From assembly GCF_009914755.1 (NCBI RefSeq), contig NC_060936.1: a DNA stretch of 64,000 nt. One strand, written 5' to 3'. This stretch comes from the human T2T-CHM13v2.0 reference genome, Homo sapiens. The position numbers and the translations under genes were made by a program. Of this stretch, positions 13,745 through 27,870 are shown piece after piece (within the stretch, counting starts at the first letter, position 1; every line of letters begins with the position of its first letter). The notes below the pieces were generated by a model that was not told the DNA's origin, did no database searches, and worked only from the letters and a program-made list of their open reading frames with translations.

Positions 13745-13877
13745 TCTATGGCAAATGTTGCCAATAGGTAAGATCCAGCCCCTCTGTAAGATCCAGCCCC
13801 TCTGTAAGATCTGTGAGATCTATGGCAAATGTTGCCAATAGGTAAGATCCAGCCCCTCTGTAAGATCCAGCCCCTCT
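13745..13877. repeat. Nested tandem duplication: 59-bp perfect repeat (period 74) containing two 18-bp units
   Basis: TCTATGGCAAATGTTGCCAATAG(GTAAGATCCAGCCCCTCT)x2 at 13745-13803 and 13819-13877. Confidence 0.95.
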
Positions 13878-16276
13878 CTCGAGGAGTGCACAGTCTTTGG
13901 AAGGAAACAGAAACAAAAGAAAACAATCTTAATACATTGGGAAATGGCCTAGGGAGGCCTTGAGGGGTAAAAACAACAGCTAACACATTTAAGTATTTAC
14001 AATAAACATGAACTGTGCCAAGTGCTGTAAAATGGTTAATCTCAGTATTCCTATTCCCAGAGGAGAAAACCAACCGAGGCACAGAGAAGCTACACAGTTT
14101 GCCCTGGTCACACAGTTTGTAAGCATTAGTGCCAGGGTTTGGACTGCTACACCCTGTTGTTTGTCAAGTGCTGTGAGATCAGAGGGAAGAAAATGATATT
14201 ACTGTTTAGTGTCTTAAAAATAAAAACAATCACTCATTTTCTTCTGAAAAGAAGTCTTCATTCATTTGAGCTTCTCCCACTCACAAATCTATTTCCTGCC
14301 TCTTCTGGTAGCCATCAGGATGACAGCATGTAACAGTGGCCCTGGAGTGAGGCTAAGCAATGCGAAGGGCATGTGGGGAAGGAAGGAAGACAGCAGCAGG
14401 CACAGCTGGCAGGGCACTGGGGAGGACATTGAGCCATATTTTGAAATGGCATTTGGCTAGTTTATGACTTCTTATGGGATGACGTGGGATGATCAGTCTC
14501 TGGGGTGGTGGAACCCAGATCCTTAATGCTTCCAGTGTATTGGGCTGTAGCTGTCCATAAGTTTCTCTTTCTGTATGTTTGGGATGCAGAGAAGAGACTC
14601 ACGATGAAACTTCGCCCCTGCCAAACTGATTCTCATCTCTACCTCCATTTCTTTCTCCTTTTTGCTTTCGTTGTGCCAAAGTGGCTAATTATTGCTCCTT
14701 ATACCTGCAGTACTTGAGGAAGGACTCAAATACTGAGCTGGGGTTTCAGTATGCCCCTGTGCCCCCTCCTCCAAGTCCGCGACATAACCAGCACTCTTGT
14801 TCTAGGTGATTGCAGTTTCTGGCACATAGCAAGTGTTTAGATAAAAATGTTTCATGAAAATTAGAGCTTTTACGAGAAAAGCTGCCAAGTAGCATACCAT
14901 AGAGCACATATGTAAATACTGTTATTCCTATTATCTAATATGCCTATTATGAGAACCATTCTGCATCTGAGGCATTAAACTTATCAGTTAGAAGTTGAGT
15001 AGAATACCAATTGTATGATAAAAGAAAGCAAACCTGCTATGTTGATGATAAAGACATTTTAAGGAACAGGTTAATAGTTTTTTAAAAAGTATTGTACAAG
15101 GATGGCTGTGGTTTTGACTTGCATAAAACAACTGCAAAATAATTGTTTGCATAAAAATTGATTTTGACCCAATTAAATAATAACTAACTAGCCCTTGTCT
15201 GTCAGTGATCCAGTAACTTTCCTTTTTCTTTTTTCTTCCACTTCACAAAGTTTAAAATAAGAATGTCATATGCTAGTTAAAGTTTTATTACTCAACTTCA
15301 TTTTATGAAATAAATAATTAGTTATATAAGCTAAGTTGTTTATGTTTTTAAAAAATCAATTGTGAAGGAGGTATCCAAGAGATGGCTAAATGTGTTTCAT
15401 TAAACCTCATTAAGACAGAAGTTAACTTTTCTTGTCTTTAAAAAGTGTTGCCTGGATTTGCCTCCAAGAACAAGGGTCTTCTGAGCAGCATTTACCTTTA
15501 GTGCCGAGTTAGTTTGTTTCCATCTGGAATGAAACGAGGCCTTCAACACTTTAATTCAAATTCTTTACAGATGAGGCAATGGAAATGTTTTTAAAATTTG
15601 TAAATATATTATTTAAAACTGCTAGTATATTCTAGAGGCAGATGAGCAAGCCTTTTTATAACAATATCTGCATGAATTCTCTGTAGTATGTAGTAATATA
15701 ATAATTAGAGTTGGTTGCACCTGAAGGATTATATTTTTTTCCTTTGATTTAGAATAAATTGAACTCTGAGCCTTAAATGGACATAGAAAAATGTACTCTC
15801 AGTCATTATTTTGTCTCCATTCCTTTAGAAGAAAAGCATTCTCATGTTCCCTCCTGTCTTTGGCCCACAACATGGCCTCTTGAAATTTGAGACTTTCCCT
15901 TGTCTTCTGTGCTCCAAACAAGGACCAGGGATTCTTACCAAGTCCAGACATCCTAGGGCTTGAAATAGAATCTTTTCAGGCTGTCATACAACCATGTCCT
16001 TCCAGGGCACTGCCCCAGATTTGGGCACAGGTCCTAATTTTCTTGAAAACGATAGCTTCTGCTCCTTCCTCTCCCTGTTCTCAAAAGAACTGCAACCATG
16101 ATCATCCCTTCCACCTAGAGATCACTAATATCTTTTCAGTGAGTTTAGGATTAATAACAGGCAGGGAGAGCCACTGAAGATTCTGTATTTGTTCTACAAA
16201 CACCGTCAAGGCAATGATAGTGTCAAAGAGCATGCCAATCTGCTTGGATGTGAGGGGAGTATAAGAGTGGAAAGCG

Positions 16277-16614
<338 letters not shown>

Positions 16615-16632
16615 TTAAAATCTCAATAAATT

Positions 16633-16916
16633 GGCCAGGTGCCAGGGCTAATGCCTGTAATCCCAGAGCTTTGGGAGGCTGAGGTGGGCTGATTGCTTGA
16701 GCCCAGGAATTCAAGATCAGCCTGGGCAACATGACGAAACCTCATCTCTACAAAAAAATAGAAAAAATTAGCCAGGCATGATGACACATGCCTGTAGTCC
16801 AAGCTACTCAGGAGGCTGAGGTGGGAAGACCACCTGGGTCCAGGAGGATGAGGCTGCAGTGAACCAAGGTCGCGTCACTACACTGCAGCCTGGGTGACAG
16901 AGTGAGACCCTGTCAC

Positions 16917-16957
<41 letters not shown>
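16633..16957 (+). mobile_element. Alu (AluJ-like) with (AAC)n tail
   Basis: GCTTGAGCCCAGGAATTCAAG; tail 16918-16957 is (AAC)n. Confidence 0.92.
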
Positions 16958-17269
16958 CCTTAATAAATTATTCTTCCACATTTCCACTGACTTATGGAAC
17001 AGGGACTTAGTGTGCCCCAAATATAAGTGTATGGTTCTAATATTCTGTGTCCAAGTTCTGCCTTAATTTTAATCCTATTCTCTTATCATCCTCTAGCTTG
17101 TGATTTTATAAAACGAAGTAGCAGATGGAGCAGTTGTTAGTGCTTGACAAGGGTATATAGAAGCATTTTAGGAAGAATATATCTTAGTCGCATATGTTAA
17201 ATGTAGTCCTTTTTTTTTTTGTATTTCAAACTTTTCTTCACTTTGATTTACTCTTTTTTCCATGTAAAG

Positions 17270-17349
17270 GGTTGAAGGATGCTTGCCCTACTGCCCTAAA
17301 AATATGATCCTTGATGAGGTCACCCTCAAGTGTGTTTATCCACGAGACT
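17270..17349 (+). CDS. OTOGL: OTOGL exon (80 nt, phase 2-1): [27 protein letters not shown]
   Basis: AAG acceptor after polypyrimidine tract, T|GTAAGT donor; EGC...CP....LDE....CV...DC completes the TIL domain. Confidence 0.94.
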
Positions 17350-17655
17350 GTAAGTGTGAACGTTGCTTAATTTACTCTGAAAAATTATACGCTTGCATAT
17401 GTTTTTTCCGAGGCAAGTGGTTGTAAACAGAAGTTTTAAACAGACAATCAACTCTCATAAGATTATTCTTCAATGTCTCTTACATAGCTTTTTTTCCCTA
17501 ATTACTTTTTAAATCATGTAGATCTTCCACTAACATCTCTCCTGCATTCTTTTTCCCAAAACATTTTCCTTGAAGCTAAAGAGTCCTCTATGAAATATGT
17601 GGGTCTAATTTTATGCAAATACAGTTTTATAAAGAGCACCTTTGTTTCTTTGTAG

Positions 17656-17724
17656 GTATACCTGTGATTCCCACAGAACCAACATTAATGCCACCAGCTA
17701 AGCCAACTGTGCCCATGTTTACAG
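17656..17724 (+). CDS. OTOGL: OTOGL exon (69 nt, phase 1-1), Pro/Thr-rich: IPVIPTEPTLMPPAKPTVPMFT
   Basis: tttgtag acceptor, CAG|GTATTG donor, phase-compatible. Confidence 0.9.
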
Positions 17725-17889
17725 GTATTGTTATAATTTTAGACAACAAAAGTAGCACTATGTAGTTTAAGTGTTGGCTTAATTTATGTAATTTAGGTGT
17801 TACTATAGCTGCTATCATTAATACTACCTATGGGCTAGGAAACCCAGCAGTCACTTTTGCTTCATTAAGCTTGTCCATTGGCTCAACAT

Positions 17890-17983
17890 GCCATGTTTTC
17901 TAGAACTTCTGGCCTCAAAGGATTCTTCTGCCTGAGACCCCCAAGTGCTGAGATTACAGGCATGAGCCACACTGCACTGGGCT
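17890..17983 (-). mobile_element. Alu left-arm/FLAM fragment, antisense
   Basis: GAACTTCTGGCCTCAA...AAGTGCTGAGATTACAGGCATGAGCCAC. Confidence 0.85.
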
Positions 17984-18374
17984 ACGTGCCTCATTTTCTG
18001 AGTGGCTTCTGCATTTGGTCCACCTCGTTCTTCATTTCAGTTCGTGTAGATTCCTTGGACTTCCCTCACATCTAAAAACCTAAATTCTACTTTTAGGTTT
18101 GATTAAATCCCACTTAGATTTTCACAGTGATTAAATTGGCTCTAATGAAACAGACATAAATCAGGGTTTTCTTTATTGCTTCCATTTCCATGTTTGCATT
18201 CTGTCTCTGGCTCTGGAGGAGGCATTCTGGGCTCCTAGCCTTGCTTTCCTCCCGCCCTGTGAAGCTTGCCTCAGGGAAGGATTTAATAAATCCACTCACA
18301 GTGAGGCTCAACAAACTTAAGGCATTATTCCTCAAGGTAGTATAATGTAGGTCAAGTTCAGATATTTATTCTTT

Positions 18375-18800
18375 CCATTTATTTGACAAGCTTTAATTGA
18401 GCACCAACTCTACCTGGTACTGTCCTTGCCCTCAGTGAGGAGATATGATAAACAAGTCACAGCCCCTACCCTAAAACTGCTGATAGACCAGAGGCTGTTG
18501 CAATCTTACAACAGGGGTAAATACAAGCAGCCCACACTAGGACCATCATATTTATTTTGGAGGTGTGGTGTCAGAGGTTAATCAAAGACAGAAGTTGGGT
18601 AGGCTAAGAGAAGAGGGAAATATGTTCCTATTAGAAGGACAGCATGTGCAAAGTCTGGAAGTGAGAGAGAATATGTCACATGAAGGAATCTTAAGCAGGT
18701 CAGTGTATCTTGAATGTGCAGTTTGAGGGGAATTGTGCCGAAAGATGGAGTGGAAGAGATTATCGGGGGCAGGTCACAAAGGACTCATGGTAAGAAACAG
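18375..18800 (-). mobile_element. L2 remnant
   Basis: TTAATTGAGCACCAACT...GGTACTGT and AGCATGTGCAAAG motifs. Confidence 0.55.
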
Positions 18801-19289
18801 GATTTTTAAAAAGGCATTAATAGCTTCACTAAAACCATCACTAGTAAGACTGCTTCTCTGGTTAGCTACCATTTGAGTACTAATTATATGCCAGGTATAG
18901 GATTAAGCATTTGTCATACTTTTAATCTTAATAAGAGCCCTACGAGAGAGGTTTACCCTTCTAGAGATGAGGAATTACTATACTGTTGTGAAATTTTAGG
19001 CATCAGTGAATTTAGTATAGTTTAAAGCATGCTTTGGGAGAAGGTGGAGGTACTTCGCCTACATCATTCAATTTATAAGGGGAATAACTCTATGAAATAA
19101 GATTGCATGTTTTAACATCTGGGGCATAGACTGTTAATTATTCTAAGTATTGCTCTCTACTTTGAGTTCTCTTATATCCCCCAAATTAATATTCAACATT
19201 ATCTCAAATGTGTAAAATGATTTAAACAACCATAATCTCTTTGCAGAGAATACAAACTATATTTCATTACTCTCAAAGATAAAAAAATA

Positions 19290-20921
<1,632 letters not shown>

Positions 20922-21329
20922 AGGTTATTTTTAAACACTGTCAACTACGGGCACTGCGATTATGGCTGAGAATAATTTCAGCCATTTATTGTGGCTCTTC
21001 TGTAATCTTTCAGACTGAATATTTTAGAGATACCTCCAATATTGACACCTTTAGAAGGTGCCTCACAGATGTGTTTACCAATCACATCTCCCTTTTCTAT
21101 GGGTCACTCCTAAACCACACCCATCAACTAGGGCTTCCACATGGTCCACATCAACATTTATTCTGCTCACAAGGAACACATTCTCAAGGTTCACCAAAAT
21201 CAAGGGGTCAGCCTTATTACTTATTTTCAAAATGTAAGAAGATTTTTAACTTCTGAGGAATGGTTAGTGATACTATTAATATTTTTTTTACCTGTTCACG
21301 CAATTGTGTTGACACCATTAAGAAAGTGA

Positions 21330-21570
21330 AGGTGTTTAAAGAATGGTGATTAAAAGCCAAATTTCTGGAATCAGAATTCATTTCCAAGTTCAAATTCTGC
21401 CTCTGCCACTTAACAGCCTTACTTCTCTACAGCTTAGTTTCCTCATCTTCTGTAAAATGTCGATACTATTATTACCAACATCACAGGATTCTAGGAAGGA
21501 ATATGTGAAATAATCTATACAAAATTTCTTAGCACAGTTTCTGTCACATATCAATTCCATGCAAGATAAA
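21330..21570 (+). mobile_element. MIR, ending about 40 bp before an exon
   Basis: TTCAAATTCTGCCTCTGCCACTTA...AGTTTCCTCATC.TCTGTAAAATG core. Confidence 0.75.
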
Positions 21571-21610
21571 TGCATTCCACTAATGAGGATTACTTTTTCA
21601 TTTCTGACAG

Positions 21611-21684
21611 TTTGGGAAATGATTACTCCATCAGACATCACTGTGTTTGATATGCTAACACCAACTACAGGCTTGGAATGTGAG
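21611..21684 (+). CDS. OTOGL: OTOGL exon (74 nt, phase 1-0): VWEMITPSDITVFDMLTPTTGLECE
   Basis: tttctgacag acceptor, GAG|GTATGA donor; needed to change phase 1 to phase 0. Confidence 0.9.
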
Positions 21685-22139
21685 GTATGACTGAGCAATA
21701 TCTTCCAGCTCTTTGTCATTTCCATATATCATCCATTCAAATTTCTGTGTCAATATCCAAATGCTACTAAACTTTTTTTGATATGTTCTCTAGTCTAGCC
21801 TTGCTAAAAGATATTAAGAAATATGCATTTCATTGGAACAATTGTAACTGATATTTCTTATTAATTAGCTTCTAGTCACACTAAGAAAAACAAAATTGAA
21901 ATAAGATCTTAAGTGTGATTCCTTAATAAAGAGTTATCTAGTATGGATTTATCTGTGAATCAGGCATTCATAAAATATTATTAAGCATCTACTTGATGTC
22001 AGCCACTGTGTAAGATGTTAAACATACACTGGAAGCAAAAAAGATAAAAGTCATTGTCTCCTAGAACTAGTAGTTTTCTCTCCTAAGAGTTGGGCAGAGA
22101 TCTTCTTATATCAAATATACCATTTGCTCTGATAAACTA

Positions 22140-23440
22140 TTTATTCAACCAATATTTATTTAGCACCATTTCTGGCCAGGCACTATTCAGATCCTATGGA
22201 AAAAATATAAAAGTAGGCAAATATTTCTGCCTTTCCAGAGTTTACGTTCTATTGGAGTTTCTGAGATAGCCAATAAGCAAAATAAATGAAGTTATATAAA
22301 ATGTCAGAGGTGCTGGTCAGGAGAAAAATAATACTGTTTTTAATAAGATGGTTTGAAAATCTTCACTGATAAGGCAACCTCTAAGCAAATGATCTGCAAA
22401 TGTTAAGAGAGTGAACCAATGTAGAGGACTGGGTCAACAAAGTTCCAGGCAGAGGGACCAGCAAGTGCAAAGGCCTTGAGGCAAGAATGTACCTAATGTA
22501 TTAAAAGAATGACAAGGAGACCTGTAAGTAATAAAGGAATAAAATAGTAGACAATAAAGTAGATTATGTTAGACCTTGTATTGTAAAGACTGTGGCTTCT
22601 GTTCTAAATGACTTGGGAAGGTGCTGTGTATTTTTGAGTCAAGGAATTACACCATCTGAGTAGCTTCAAGATCATTTTGGCTGGTATATTGTGGGTAAGG
22701 TGTAAGGAGGGAATAGAACTGTTTAGGAGGCTATTGTAGGAATTTAGGCCAGAGATGATGATCTATCACCTGGTTCAGGTGATAGCAGTGAAGATGGTGA
22801 AAAGTACCTGGATCCTGGATATATTTTGAAGGTAGAAAGATTACATGTGAAGTGTGAGTAAAAGGGAAGCAACAAAGATTCTAAAACTTTTGCCTTCAGC
22901 AACTAAAGGGCTGGTGTCAACCAGGATGGAGAAATCTTGGGGAGTGCATGTCTGGGATGGGTATAATCATGAGTTCAGTTTTGCCATGTGAAGCTTGAGA
23001 TTCCTCACAGACAGCAAAAAGCTGTGGACATATAGATTTGGCAGACATACATGGAGTATATATAGGTCATGCTAAGAAAAAATTTGGGAATTCTCAGCGG
23101 ATAAATGGTATGAGACTGGGTGAGATAGTAAAGGGAGTGAGTACAGATAGAGAAGTGAAAAGGGCCACTACAACTTTCATAGGTTGAGAGAAGATGACAG
23201 ACATGCAAATAATGTTAACCAGAGAAATAGGAGAAAATGTAGGAGGCTGCAGGTGATCTGAAATCTAAGGAAAAGAATATTATAAGGAATGTGGAGTAAT
23301 AAGCTATACTGAATATATTAATAGGTCTGAGATGAGGTCTGAGAATTGATCACTGGATTTAGCAATGTGAGTTGCTGGTGACCTTGTTAAAAAGAGTTTC
23401 AGTAGAGTGGTAGGTCTAAAATCCTCTGGGTGGTTCAGAT
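22140..23440 (-). mobile_element. L2 remnant
   Basis: TTCAACCAATATTTATTTAGCACC...CCAGGCACT; AGCAAGTGCAAAGGCCTTGAGGCAAGAA; CTGGATATATTTTGAAGGTAGA. Confidence 0.8.
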
Positions 23441-23769
23441 GTCTGTGAGGTCTATAGTTCTCTTGTAATTGCTTTCATTTTTCTGGCTAAATGAAAAGCA
23501 AGGTCAATACCTGAGAAGTGGTACAACTTTTACACAGAAAATTTTGGAAAATTGGACTCTTAAATTTTGAAGTGCTCACTTAAGAGTCTTACTATTTAGA
23601 AAATTAGTAATTTCTCTAAACCTTATTTTAAAAATCATATATTATATTGGAATGATAGAAACTGATCCAAAAGATTTAGGGAGAAACAAATGAAAAAAGA
23701 TACTTTATTAGTGTATGGTATGTAATAGGTGCTAAATAGTTGTTAATTTTTATTCTGAAATCCCTAGAC

Positions 23770-23990
23770 ATGCAGTAGAGAGTAGTGGTCAAGAGCATAG
23801 ATTCCCGAGTAACAGTGCCTGGACTTAGATGCTGACTCTACTATCTTCTATCTGTGGGACCTTGGGCAAATTACTTTAACCCCCACACTGTTTACTTATC
23901 TATAAAATAAATATGAAATAATAGTATCTACCTTAGAGGGTTAAGAGAATGAAATGGGTTAATTAGAAAATGTCTAGTTTAGCATTGCTA
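23770..23990 (+). mobile_element. MIR
   Basis: GTAGTGGTCAAGAGCA...GACCTTGGGCAAATTACTT core. Confidence 0.7.
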
Positions 23991-24568
23991 TAATTATTAC
24001 CATAATTTAAATGGAATGTGATTTATAAATTTTGAAAAATCTACCACTTATTTATTTATTATTTGTTTACCTAGACATTGTGAGTTACATATAAAATTAA
24101 TTTATGATTATACACTCTAGGTGCTGTGAAACTGATGTTATATATAAAATTTTAATAAAGTATTTAAATAGCATTAAGTTGTGATTTTTAAGTTGACATT
24201 ATGACACATGAAGTTATATTGATATACTAGCTTTGCACAATATAATGTGAAGGGTCAGCTGTCATTTTATAAATTTGCTTGCAAAAAAACTAGGGAATTC
24301 AGGAGAACACTGTTTTCTTCAGATGTTTGAATATATGGGCAATCTAATGTCCAATCAATATTAAGTTAAAGCTTAAATTAAATATACATTGAATATTATA
24401 GAAAGGGTACATCAATAAAAAGTTGCAGCATAATTTTAATTCTTTATCTTTCAAAAGTTTTTGTATTCAATAAATGTACACCATGGGCAATATGAATGTG
24501 GAATTTAAAAATCAATTAAAAACATTAGCTGAGAATGAAAAAACCCACTAATCTTTTTTTATTAACAG

Positions 24569-24746
24569 CCTCAGAAATTTGATCCTGTTTATGATTGTAG
24601 CCAATACATATGCCTTAATATGGAATGGCAGTTATACAACTGGTCCCTTAATTGCCCAAAGGACGTGGAAATGCCTGACTGTGGTTTCCGAGGAAGGCCA
24701 GTTCAAGTGAACAGTGATATCTGCTGCCCTGAGTGGGAATGTCCTT
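24569..24746 (+). CDS. OTOGL: OTOGL exon (178 nt, phase 0-1): PQKFDPVYDCSQYICLNMEW...DICCPEWECP
   Basis: attaacag acceptor, T|GTAAGT donor; Cys module ending CC..WEC.C that precedes VWD4 in VWF/mucins. Confidence 0.94.
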
Positions 24747-25018
24747 GTAAGTTTGCATTTCTTAAGCGGTGATCTTTTTTTTTTTTTTTTAATCTGGAGA
24801 GATTGTTACTTTTTTGAACCTTTCACCTCATCAAGCCAAAGTTACTGTTTTTGAGTTTTCATGATTTGATTTATGATTTTGGCTCACAGTATATAACTTT
24901 TAGAGTTGCTTCTTGTCAGACATAATAAGGCTAATTTAACAGATTTTTTTAAAAGAGCAATTATTACTGAAAATGCAGATAGTTAATAGACTAAATCCAC
25001 TTTCCACCATTTTTATAG

Positions 25019-25161
25019 GTCGGTGTTCCATGTTGTCAGAACTGAGCATTATTACATTTGATGGAAACAACGCAGCATTATATAGCATGGCTTCTTATAT
25101 CTTAGTAAGAATTCCTGGTGAAATTATAGTTGCTCATATCGAAAAATGTTCCATGAATCAG
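25019..25161 (+). CDS. OTOGL: OTOGL exon (143 nt, phase 1-0), VWD4 start: CRCSMLSELSIITFDGNNAALYSMASYILV...EKCSMNQ
   Basis: ttttatag acceptor, CAG|GTGGGT donor; VWD TFDG motif; inside ORF 24973..25281. Confidence 0.95.
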
Positions 25162-25402
25162 GTGGGTCATAATTTATTTTTGCAGTCATTTCATCATAAA
25201 TCTATAGCTAATGTCTATTGCAACATCAGGGATTCTCACAGGAGGAGGGAGCTCAAGAACTCACTGAGATCGGTCTTCTGATAATGTTTCAGAAACATTT
25301 CTGAAAACCTTTCTTATCAATCTATTTAGAGGCATATAAATCCGAATAATGTTTTAAAAAGTCAAATAATGCATTTAAAAGTATTTCTTTTTTTTTTTCC
25401 AG

Positions 25403-25426
25403 AATGGAAACTCCTTAAAAAAGCTA
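25403..25426 (+). CDS. OTOGL: OTOGL microexon (24 nt, phase 0-0): NGNSLKKL
   Basis: Very strong poly-T + CCAG acceptor, CTA|GTGAGT donor, in frame. Confidence 0.82.
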
Positions 25427-25517
25427 GTGAGTATTTGCAAAGTGTTTAGTACATTCATTCTGTTTATCACTACAATTGTGTTTAACTCCATAAAGTTTTA
25501 ATTTTTTTCAAATTAAG

Positions 25518-25610
25518 GCTCCCTCTGGAAGAATCTCTGGACTTTGTTTTAAGAAGTTAAATGTGACAACACCCATACATAAAATAATTGTCAATCGGTT
25601 GGCAAGAAAG
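25518..25610 (+). CDS. OTOGL: OTOGL exon (93 nt, phase 0-0): APSGRISGLCFKKLNVTTPIHKIIVNRLARK
   Basis: AAG acceptor, AAG|GTAAGA donor, open frame in VWD4. Confidence 0.92.
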
Positions 25611-27680
25611 GTAAGAATACAAAGTTAAAATTTTTTCTCACATTAGATGAAAATAAATTATACAAACAGTTATTTCCAATAAGAGGGAAAATTAAGCATA
25701 TCAATGGAATTTAATTGTTATATATAGTAATCATTTCATAGACAATATAAAATGTGTTTCTTAATATTATATTTGTCTCTCAATAATGTGCCAATTATTG
25801 CAAATATTTTCCCCTGTGAGGTTAACTGCAGGGACCATGTTAAATACACTAGCGACCTCTGAGATAGTGTGATTGGCCAGTCTTCTTTGTGTCAGAGTTA
25901 ATATCACGTTCCAAATCAGACAGAGTGGAAATGCTATGAAGGAGAGGGATGATGATGTGGAAAAGCATAGTAGCCAAGAACACCGGAATAAAGACCGTTA
26001 AGAGAAGAACAGATAGAAGGAGTGGGTTTGAAGTGTTGACATAATTAAGTTTTTGGTGAATAAATGATAGCTAACATAAGAAAAATATGAAAAAATATTT
26101 AACTTTTTTGAAATAAATTGAAGAAGCGCAATGTATTATAAAAAAGCAATGCATTATAAAAAATGAAAGGAGCCTTTTGGTTTTACAGGAAAAACTCTTA
26201 TCCCAAGGAATATGTGTTTGCCAAACAGGAGTGCCTTATGAACTCAGTGCTTCACTCAGTTCTAAGTTATTCTCTGTAAAATATGAAAAAAAAATGTGTA
26301 AAGATTTTTTCTTAAAATGGCTGAAGTACTATGTACTTTCTGGAAATAACTCCATTTGTTAGCATAGGTCCATAGATTCTAGACTGAAAAGAATATTAAA
26401 ATGAGCCTAAAAATGTAAGAAGATATTTAAAAGGTTTAATTAAGTAAAACAAAATATATAAAAGAGGTACTTTTTTTGAATGATAGCATTTGCATATACC
26501 TTTGAGTTCGATGAGGTTGATATACTTACAGGAAGTGGGTGAGAAGTAAACACAAAGCTGGTCAGTGTCATTATTTGGAGCATTTGGGTGGAAGGACTTA
26601 TTTTTGGCCCCAGATGAACTCATCACTGATCATTCACTGGTCAGGCACTGTATTCAGCTAATAACAAGTTATTTTGTAAAATGACTTAGTGAGAGTTTAA
26701 CATGATAAAACAACATAGGTCCTGATCTCAAGTAACTTATACTTGTGCATGATTTGCATAATGTAATTACCTGCTGATTAGAAAGCAATAGGAGGAACAG
26801 TGATAGAATTATGACCAAGATATCATAGAAATAAAGAGAAGAGTAACTTAATGTCTTATAGTTTGTAGTCGGATCAAACAGGTCTTTTCTGGGGGAGGTC
26901 ACACTTAAGATGAATCTTAAAGAATAAGTAGAAAGAAGGAAGAGAAAGAGAAAGTATGTTTCAGCTCAAGGACAGCATTTATGAACAAGATATAAAAATG
27001 AGACATTGAATGGTTGGTGAGGCATAACTTCGAGAAATTTGCTGCTAGTTACAGCTCATGGCTTCATGTCATTGCCATTATTTAAAGCACCGTTTTTCAA
27101 AGTACAATCCTTGGATTGCCTACATTAGTATTACCAAATACCTGTATAGACTGTATATATTTATTTAGTACATGCTAAAAATACAGTCTATAATCCAATG
27201 CAAACCTGCAAAGTAGAATCACTGGGAATCTTGATCTTTAACAAGCCTGACAGATGATTGTTATGAACATTGCAGTTAAGCAAACAATGATTTAGAAGAT
27301 CAAGGAAAGAATCCAGATTAAGGAAAACATCCAGAAAATAACATTATTATCTTAAATTCATATTAGAAGGATTGTGTTATCAATATAAACATAGATTGAA
27401 GGAAACAGACATAGAAGTGTACATAACATAGAAGAAAGTTAAATTTTGAGGAAAATGAAAGGCAATGACGTTAGAACACATATTGACTAGAGCAAGGCAC
27501 AGCAAAGGAACAATAAAATAGCTTAAAGGTTCTGAGAAGCTGTGGCAGCAGTAAGAAATACATTTCTTAAAAAAATTAAAAAATAGTTTACATTAAATCA
27601 GAATAAAGGAATAATCTGTATTCTCCTAATTTGTATATTTAAGTAAATATTTCTTAACAGGTGTATTTATGTTATTCTAG

Positions 27681-27870
27681 GTAGAAGTGGATTCCATTGT
27701 TGTGCCTTTGCCCTTTTCAAGTCAGGAACTGTCCATAGAGGATTCTGGTTCAATGTATGTAATTACTACTCCAGCTGGACTAATCATAAAGTGGTCTCAT
27801 CTTACAGGAATCATAGACATTCATTTTGGCTTCCGATTTAACTTGTCATCCTACACAGAAGGACTCTGTG
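27681..27870 (+). CDS. OTOGL: OTOGL exon (190 nt, phase 0-1): VEVDSIVVPLPFSSQELSIEDSG...SSYTEGLC
   Basis: ttctag acceptor, G|GTGAGC donor; VWD T.GLCG motif; overlaps ORF 27687..27983. Confidence 0.95.

Noticed and set aside
13745-13877. Repeat resembling a mini CRISPR array, or NFI/RFX sites (TGGCAAATGTTGCCAA, GTTGCCAATAGGTAAG)
   Set aside because: Units are directly adjacent with no unique spacers. Half-site spacing is wrong for NFI (7 rather than 5) and does not fit the RFX X-box consensus.
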